Assembly (NCBI RefSeq): GCF_006345805.1
Contig: NW_021825471.1
Coordinates: 1-15,557 of the forward strand
Source of the DNA: Octopus sinensis
Taxonomy: Eukaryota
DNA: 15,557 nucleotides
Direction: 5' to 3'
Shown here: one piece after another, positions 8,393 to 15,557 of the stretch
Layout of the letters: each line of letters begins with the position of its first letter
Position numbering within the stretch: position 1 is the stretch's first letter
Notes under the pieces: generated by a model
What the model saw: the letters and a program-made list of their open reading frames with translations, nothing else
What the model was told of the DNA's origin: nothing
Databases searched by the model: none
Made by a program: the position numbers and the translations under genes

Positions 8393-9852
8393 AAGACAAT
8401 ATTTTGGTTGCCAGAATGTGTCCCAGGGCGACTTTTATATCAAGGCAGAGTATTTAAGGCGTTGTTGTGTTGTTGCGAGGCGTGTCTGATGCGATGCTGT
8501 GCTGTTGCCAGGGAGGTGTGTGTCAAAAGTATGTTGTTTAAGTTGGTGTATTCTTTCAGGATGGGTCTCAAGTCGGTGTATATCAGTTTAAATGTTATGA
8601 AGGTGGTGTATTGTTCTAGGACTGAATTACATGGCGGCGTGTATCAAATTAGTGTGTTGTTGCCAGATTGTGTCTGAGGGCGGCGAGTGTCAGTTTATCG
8701 TAGTTAAGGTTATATATACTTGTTAGACTATGTCACAGGGTGACATGCATCAAGCAAGTGCACATAAGACAGTGTGTTGTTGCCTGACTGTCTCATGACG
8801 GCGTGTATAAGTGTAATGGTCGAAAGGTGGCGCTATGTTTTGATTTGTTTTCTTTCTCTGGTGAACAAATACTTCAAGACAGCGGTTTGCGACAGGGTAA
8901 TATTAAGTAAAGTGGAATCTAAGGAAGATGGAATGTATCAAGTTAACTGGATTTTTAGGCAATATCTTATTATACAAAGGTGTTCCAGGAAAATTATGTA
9001 TTTTTAAAGTAGAGTGTTTAAGGCGATGTGTAATTTCAGAGCAGCAGACGATGTCTAATGCAGAACTTGCGCTTCACGTAAACTGTGTCTTTCAATGTAA
9101 TGTTTTAGAATAGTTATCTCCTTTTCAATCACAGGAACCGAACAGTATGGGCTGCAAGCCACTAAGAGAAATTCTCTCCTTTATGATATTCACATCATCG
9201 TAGCGCTAGTCGGCGCTAGGTAGTGTGTTTAAGGCGATGTGTTATTGCAGGGCGGTATTTCATAGCAGCATGTTTCAGATAGTATCCTAATGCAGGACTG
9301 TATGTTTCATGAAAATTGTGTTTCAATTTAATGAGTTGAAGACTACGTGTTATTGCGGATCGGTATTTCTAGGTTGTGTTATTCAAAGACCGTTTTTCTA
9401 TCGATTTGTTTAAAGCTGTGAGTTGTGTTGTTTGATTTGATGTTTTTTAGCATAATGCATTTTAAGCGATGCTTCAGGAATTTATATTAAAGCCAGCTCG
9501 TTACAGTTTTCACATCATAGAAGGCGTATTTAAGGCAACCTGCTGCCAGCTCTGCCTTATAAGCACATGATTAAGGTGAAGTGTTTAACGTTACGTAATT
9601 CAGACTGAATAGTTTTCGGGCGGTGGTTTGTTTAAGGTGGCTTGTATTAAGGCAGAGCTTCAATGCGACACATTGAAGGAGACATTCCAGCTAAAGTGTG
9701 TTGCATATGGTGTGTTTAAGGCGGCCGACCAGCTTTTACACAGTTCTCTTCGATCCATTAACGTTGATAGCATTTGAACTCAGAAGGATCGCATCGACCC
9801 TTGGTTCTTATATATTTTATAGACTCCCAAGTGAGCTAATACCTTTTTAAAA

Positions 9853-10018
9853 GGGGCGGGCGTGGGTGTGTAGTAAGAAAGTTGCTGCCTTACCACATGG
9901 TTCCTGATTCAATTGCACTGCCCGGTACCTTGGGCAAGTCTCTTCTATTATAAGCCTCGGTCCGACCAAAGCTTTGTCAGTGGTTTCGGTACACAGTAGC
10001 TGAAAGAAGTCCGTCATA
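9853..10018 (+). mobile_element. Diverged SINE family 1 head plus CORE
   Basis: accacatggttcc, ccttgggcaagtctcttcta, ccgaccaaagc, ctgaaagaagtccgtc. Confidence 0.85.
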
Positions 10019-10029
10019 TACACACGCAC

Positions 10030-10071
<42 letters not shown>

Positions 10072-10193
10072 GTGTGTGTGTTGGTGTGTATGTATGTATG
10101 TATGTATGTATGTATGTATGTATGTATGAATATATATATATATATATATAATATATATATAATTGTATGTATGTATGTATGTATGTATGTATA
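10030..10193. repeat. (TA)n/(TG)n/(TATG)n microsatellite
   Basis: direct reading. Confidence 0.95.
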
Positions 10194-10194
10194 C

Positions 10195-10388
10195 GCTTAG
10201 CGGGGTTTCTTCCGACTTTACGTACTCAGTTCAAATGCCTCTGGGGTCGACTTTGCTTTTCTTCTTTACGGTGTCGATAAAATAAGTACCAGTTGAGCAC
10301 TGGAGTGGATGTAATCGATTTACACACACTCCTGCGAAACTGCTGGCCTTGTGCCGCAATTTGGAACCAGTGACTGAAACAAGTAAAA
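10195..10388 (+). mobile_element. 5'-truncated SINE family 2 followed by a family 1 tail
   Basis: gcttagcgg...ggggtcgactttgc...gtcgataaaataagtaccagttgagcactgg...ggccttgtgcc...ttggaacc, then gtgactgaaacaagtaaaa. Confidence 0.8.
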
Positions 10389-10437
10389 TATAGAAGTAGA
10401 ACAATAGGGTCGCTGCGTCAGAACAGTTTAGATACAT

Positions 10438-10789
10438 GAGTAGTTCTCAACCGGAGTCCAACTGGTCCCTGAGTGTCCCTGAAGATGTTGTGGTGTCTAC
10501 GCAAGGAAATAGTAAATTGGCGTTCCACAATATGATTTCTAAGGTCCCCTGAAGAAATTTTGTTTTAAATGTATGTATAAATATGTATTGCAAGAAACAG
10601 CTAGGTTTCTTTCTCTAATATAGTAGAGAGTTCAGCGTACGTAAGTTAATTTGTGAAAAACAAAGCAGGAATTTTCAAAGAGGTTTCTATAAAACAAGTT
10701 TGTATACGTTAAATGACTATGGGAGTCCACCAAGATAAAATGGTAATCAAAGATGTCCATAGATTAAAAAAAAGGGTTGAGTACCCCTG
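10438..10789. mobile_element. hAT (Charlie/Buster-type) MITE, 352 bp
   Basis: TIRs gagtagttctcaacc and ggttgagtacccctg (11/15 match); flanking 8-mers agatacat and atatagat (6/8, central TA). Confidence 0.65.
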
Positions 10790-10995
10790 ATATAGATGAT
10801 ATTTTGTAACATTTGCAATATCAGAGGTGAGGGTGATAGGCAAGAACAAAATGGCTGCTCTTATTGAAGAGGGGGCATAGCAACAGACGGTATATCTTTT
10901 TCTTATATGTTTACTCTATGAGAGATATTGAAGATTTCGGGTTCGTTAACATTTTGATGTCCCATATTTTAAATATATTAGCGCCAATAGATATA

Positions 10996-11140
10996 GGAGC
11001 TGATGTGGTTGTCTGATTAAGGCGTTCGCTTTGTGACCACATTGTTTCGGGTTCAGTTCTACAGCACGACACCATGAGAAAGTTTCTTCAATTAAAACCC
11101 AAATAATCCCTTGTGAGAGTATTTGGTAAAAGGTAACCAA
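10996..11140 (+). mobile_element. Old SINE family 1-related head plus CORE
   Basis: gtgaccacattgtttcgggttcagttc...cccttgtgagagtatttggta. Confidence 0.6.
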
Positions 11141-11174
11141 GGGGAAGTACATTTTGAGTACGTGCATACACACG

Positions 11175-11285
11175 CATATATATATATATATATATATTAT
11201 ATCATATATATATATATATATATATTATATATAATATGCATGTATATATATTGTATGTATTACATCTATTATATATATTATATAG
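11175..11285. repeat. Imperfect (TA)n microsatellite
   Basis: direct reading. Confidence 0.9.
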
Positions 11286-11286
11286 T

Positions 11287-11497
11287 TAATCCAAACATGA
11301 AAACACAAAGAAAAACACAACAACGCGAGGACGTGGAACAAGTAAAGTATTATTGGACGCTCAGGAAAGAAGGAGGGTTTAACGTTTCGAGCGGAGCTCT
11401 TCGTCAGAAACATAGGAAAAGGAAAGATCCAAATAAGGGAAGACGGAGGAAAAAAATCGCCAACGGTACACACACGGTCACAGTTTGAATGGTCACA
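11287..11497 (-). mobile_element. PLE-terminus-like element carrying hammerhead motif F
   Basis: pyrimidine-rich leader, HHR motif, T-rich trailer; bounded by TA tracts. Confidence 0.6.
11377..11411 (-). ncRNA. Minimal type I hammerhead-like motif F (core intact)
   Basis: GTTT-CTGACGA-A-GAGC-TCC-GCTC-GAAAC-GTT-AAAC; palindromic AACGTT in place of stem III. Confidence 0.7.
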
Positions 11498-11640
11498 TTA
11501 TATATATATATATATACATACATAATTAATTAATAAGGGTGAGAGAATTAGATACTAATTTAATAGTATATTTATTCAACACCAAGTGGCCTAGTGCTAC
11601 GAGAAACCTGGATTATTATAATATTGTAGTATTGTTTTAT

Positions 11641-11685
11641 ATACATACATACATACATACATACATACATACATACATACATACA

Positions 11686-11717
<32 letters not shown>

Positions 11718-11720
11718 CAT
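11641..11720. repeat. (TACA)n microsatellite
   Basis: direct reading. Confidence 0.97.
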
Positions 11721-11723
11721 AGA

Positions 11724-12218
11724 GGCACAGGAGTGGCTGTGTGGTAAGAAGCTTTTCTCACTGTATTGCGTGTTCGTTTCTTTATTTTTCCATCTGGCTG
11801 CTTTTCTTTCTACAAAATGAAAAGCTACATTGCGGAACTGATATTTTAACGAGTTGCGTCTATCCATTACGCCGGATACTCCCGAAACAGATGTTGCGTG
11901 TCCCACTCGTGAATGATTAACGCTAGATTTGTCGAAACAATTGTTTATTACTTTAATCACGACAATTGTTTCGACACATCTATAGACAGCTGTGTCTCTG
12001 TGTCTTTGTGTCTGTGTTTGTCACCCCTCTACCGTTTGACAACAGGTCTGGTGTGTTTACATCCCCATAACTTAGCGGTTCAACCAAGAGTTGATAGGAA
12101 AGTACTACGCTTATAACGAATAAGTCCTGAGGTCGACTTCTTCGACTAAAACCCTTTACAGCGGTGCTCCAGCATGGTCGCAGTCAAATAACTGAAAGAA
12201 GTAAAAGAATAAAAGAAT
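11724..12218 (+). mobile_element. SINE family 1 with its B-box/CORE part replaced by ~230 bp of unrelated sequence
   Basis: head ggcacaggagtggctgtgtggtaagaagctt stops near 11756; body resumes near 11990; tail gaagtaaaagaataaaagaat. Confidence 0.8.
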
Positions 12219-12295
12219 ATATATATGTGTATATATATATATATATACGCATGCATGTAGGTAGGTAATCAGGTATAAATATATATATATATAAA

Positions 12296-12590
12296 TAGGG
12301 ATAGCATCTTATCTATGCACACACCAGCCCGGCTTCCCACTCTTTACGTAACTCCTTCCGAAATAACCGGATTCCCACCTACCTCCTAATCCTCTCTCTA
12401 TCTACCTTTTCTTCTTTATTTTCCCCAATCCTTCTATTTCCTATCATTCTGATGAAGGACTAGCGTCCGAAACATCAAATGGTCTTTCCCTACATTTTTA
12501 GCATTAAACTACCAACATTTTTCGTTTCAAAATCGTTTTTCTCGTTTTGTCTTCTATATTTGTCCTCATTACCTAATATCTAAGAATTAA
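12296..12590 (+). mobile_element. PLE-terminus-like element carrying hammerhead motif G
   Basis: same layout as 11287-11497: pyrimidine-rich leader ending cctatcatt, HHR, T-rich trailer; boundaries approximate. Confidence 0.55.
12443..12483 (+). ncRNA. Minimal type I hammerhead-like motif G
   Basis: ATCATT-CTGATGA-A-GGAC-TAGC-GTCC-GAAAC-ATC-AAATGGT; perfect 4-bp stem II; GTC to ATC change; 1-nt bulge in stem I. Confidence 0.7.
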
Positions 12591-12957
12591 CCAGATTCAG
12601 ACATCCTTAAGCACCAGAGATTGAATGGGAAGAGAAGTTTCCATGGTGATAAATGGTGCAATTTCTAAAACTAAAGAAAGATGTTATTGTTATTATTATT
12701 GTTATCGTCGTCGTCGCCATTGTTTTTGATGATGATGTGTAGCACCAAGAGCAGGACCAGCGATAAGGAACAGTCCAATGATCAAAAATGCTTCCAGACA
12801 TGACCATCCTGTATTTTTATGTTTATCTAGGAATAAATTATTTAATGTGTCCTTTCTTTAATTGGGGATGAGGAATTCGATATAAGGAGGGAACGGGGTT
12901 TGGTTGTTATTTCTAGCAGCTCCCTTGACCAGATAGAAGTGCACTGATTAAATAGAT

Positions 12958-13256
12958 GGTGGAGAAGACGAAGAAGACAAAGAGGAAGAAGGAAGAGGAG
13001 GTGGTGGTGGTGGTGGTGGTGGAGAGTAGTGGTGGATGAGGAGGGAGTGGAGGAAGGGGAGGAGGATGAAGAGGGGAGGAGAAGGAAAAGGGGAAGAATA
13101 GGGGAGGGGGAGGAGGAAAAAGAAGTAGAAGAGGAGGAGGGGGAGGAGGGAAAAGAGGAGTAAGAAGAGGTGGAAGGAGAGGAGGAAGGGAGAACGAAGA
13201 GGAGAAGGAAGAGGGAGAAGGAAGTCGATCAGGGAAGAGGAGGGGAGGAGGAGTGG
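12958..13256 (+). repeat. Polypurine (GGA/GAA) low-complexity tract with a short (GGT)n insert
   Basis: direct reading. Confidence 0.9.
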
Positions 13257-13326
13257 GGTTGTCTGTCCGTGGTATATTTGGTTATAAGATTCATTACATG
13301 TAAGGAAGAATAGGAGATAGAAAGAC

Positions 13327-13357
<31 letters not shown>

Positions 13358-13678
13358 GAGAGAGAAGGAAAGAGAGAGAATATGCGTACGTGACAGAAAT
13401 GAAAGTACAACTGAATGACTACCAATGATATCCATGTACCCATCCATACACACACACGTACATACATACATACACATGTGTGTGTATATATATGTGTACT
13501 TTCAATATTTAGCGGAGGCAAATTAGTGGCTCAATGCTCGGCAGTTTCGTTCATTCGCACTTATCAAACACACGAAACACACGGCCCTTGAGTCACTCTG
13601 TTGCTTCAGCTGAATATTAATAGAAATATACTTTACTTATACTCATGTTTTGAGTTCTATTTTTCTTGTTTCCATCAC

Positions 13679-14082
13679 CAGGAGTGGCTGTGTGGTAAGT
13701 AGCTTGTTTACCAGCCACATGGTTCGGGGTTCAGTCCCACTGCGTGGCACCTTGGGCAAGTGTCTTCTACTATAGCCTCGGGCCGACCAAAGCCTTGTGA
13801 GTGGATTTGGTAGACGGAAACTGAAAGAAGCCTGTCGTATATATGTATATATATATATGCGTATGTGTGATTGTGTGTCTGTATTTGTCACTCTAGCATT
13901 GCTTGAAAACCGATGCTGGTGTGTTTATGTCTCCGTTACTTAGCGGTTCGGCAAAAGAGACCGATAAAATAAGTACTGGGCTTACAAAAGAATAAGACCC
14001 GGGGTCGAGTTGCTCGATTAAAGGCGGTGCTCCAGCATGGCCGCAGTCAAATGACTGAAACAAGTAAAAGAGTAAAAGAGTA

Positions 14083-14083
<1 letters not shown>
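13679..14083 (+). mobile_element. SINE family 1, full length
   Basis: intact head, CORE box ccttgggcaagtgtcttc, internal TA/TG tract, body and (TAAAAGAG)2 tail. Confidence 0.95.
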
Positions 14084-14138
<55 letters not shown>

Positions 14139-14278
14139 ACACACACACATATATACATGTATATATGCATATTTCATACAATATATATATATGGATGTGT
14201 GTGTGTGCCTCTGTGTACGCGCGTATGTGCTTTTGTGTAAGTGTACGTGTGTGCGCCTTTCTGTGCGTGTGTACTTTT

Positions 14279-14320
<42 letters not shown>
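14084..14320. repeat. (TG)n/(CA)n/(TA)n mosaic microsatellite
   Basis: direct reading. Confidence 0.9.
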
Positions 14321-14321
<1 letters not shown>

Positions 14322-14610
14322 ACAGAGAATGCGATAGAGTATGAGAAAAAGAAACGGCGAAATCAAGGTAATCGATAATTTCAGGAGTTACAAATGAAAG
14401 AAAGGAGAAAGAGAAAACGAAACGAAAGAGAGAAAAAAAAGAACAAAGACAAGAGCGAGAATTCGAGAAAGTGAAAGTAAAAAGTAAAGTAGAGGGAGAA
14501 AGAGAGAAATTGCTGGAAAGAAACAAATAAATAAATAAATACAGAGTGAAAAAGGCTCCCGAAAATGAAAGAATAAATGATGAACAAGAAGAAATGGAGG
14601 AAATATGGCC

Positions 14611-14611
14611 G

Positions 14612-14679
<68 letters not shown>

Positions 14680-14965
14680 GGTGGTGGTGGTGATGGTGGT
14701 AGTGGTGGTTGTCGTCGTCGTGGCGATGGTGGTCGTGATGGTTGCAGCGCCAGTGGCGTCTGTGACGGCAATGGCAGCTGTGGCAACGACGGTGGTCGTG
14801 GTCGCGACAGTGGAGGCGGCGGTGACGGTGGCGGCAGCGGTGACGGTGGCGGCGGCGGTGACGGTGGCGGCGGCGGTGGTGGTGAGGGTGGCGGCGGCGG
14901 CGGTGACGACAGCGGTGGTGGTGGTGGTGGTGGAGATGATGGCTTCGGCGGTGGCAGTGGCTTTG

Positions 14966-14997
<32 letters not shown>

Positions 14998-15060
14998 GGC
15001 GTAGGGTGATGGTAGTTCTGGGTGTTGGTGATGGCGCAGGTGGTGGTGCCGGCGGTAGAG
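14611..15060. repeat. GC-rich compound trinucleotide tract (GTT)n(GGT)n(GTC)n(GGC)n with a 3x18-bp minisatellite
   Basis: ggtgacggtggcggc(a/g)gc x3 at 14821-14874. Confidence 0.92.
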
Positions 15061-15298
15061 GTTGTTTTTCTGGAAAGTATTTGGACCTGAACCTTGATAA
15101 CGGAATTGTTTTGCACAGATCAACAATTGTGTGACGTAATGATCTATTAATCATTGACGAACTCAACAGATACTTTTTAACTTTCACTTTCGCTTTCTTA
15201 TTTTGGTTTGTTGTTTTTCTTTTTGTTTTCTTTTGATTTTTGTACATCTTGTCCTTTTCTAGTCTTTTTCTTATTCTCTTCTTTATTTTCTATGGCTG

Positions 15299-15301
<3 letters not shown>

Positions 15302-15351
<50 letters not shown>

Positions 15352-15557
15352 GTCTGTACGAGTACATGCATATGTCTCTTTGCCAGTGTGTACATATATG
15401 AGTGCTTGTATCTGTCTCTATATAACCATGTGCGTCTCTGTGTCACTATGCAGATATCTGTGTGTGTGTGTGTGTGTGTGTATCTATAAATAGACACACA
15501 CACATATGTATATACATACACGTGTTAGAGAGTGTCTGTGTGTGCACATATGTGAGC
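15302..15557. repeat. (TG)n-rich microsatellite mosaic
   Basis: direct reading. Confidence 0.85.

Larger units (their letters stand above)
7481..9730 (+). repeat. Degenerate G/T-rich repeat array (gtgtttaaggcgatgtgttrttgcag-like unit), interrupted by two SINEs
   Basis: recognisable copies at about 7481, 7572, 7984, 8450, 8652, 8771, 9014, 9225, 9526, 9581, 9629 and 9712. Confidence 0.65.

Noticed and set aside
8282-8677. 131-aa Cys-rich ORF
   Set aside because: Spans a SINE tail and the degenerate array; no recognisable domain or Cys spacing
7481-9730. CRISPR-like repeat-spacer array
   Set aside because: Repeats are highly degenerate, spacing is irregular, the context is eukaryotic and there are no cas genes
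12299-12335. GIY-YIG C-terminal remnant (HLIY) upstream of HHR G
   Set aside because: Only four residues, preceded by a stop; too short to support
14320-15247. Formin/extensin-like Pro-rich or poly-His/Gln ORFs
   Set aside because: Trinucleotide repeats are open in most frames on both strands; flanks are not protein-like

Overview
AT-rich eukaryotic non-coding DNA made of microsatellites and interspersed repeats. The SINE families and microsatellite load resemble a coleoid cephalopod (Octopus-like) genome; this is recognition from memory, not a database result. I find no intact host protein-coding gene. Nearly all supplied ORFs are microsatellite or SINE artefacts. The only real coding remnant is the dead restriction-like endonuclease C-terminus of an R4/Dong-type non-LTR retrotransposon inside (TAA)n arrays (4864-5275). 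The window also holds about 10 copies or fragments of a tRNA-derived CORE-type SINE, two further SINE families, a hAT-type MITE, a Helitron-like 3' end, a tRNA-Val(TAC)-derived pseudogene with a CGC anticodon, a near-perfect 251-bp hairpin and a degenerate G/T-rich repeat array. The most notable signal is seven hammerhead-ribozyme (HHR)-like motifs on both strands, typical of Penelope-like element (PLE) or retrozyme termini. They include a same-strand pair 263 nt apart, an outward-facing pair at the ends of a ~400-bp palindrome, and one whose three helices appear in scrambled order with a 168-nt spacing between repeated cleavage-site segments. All folds were done by eye and none has been tested for activity.
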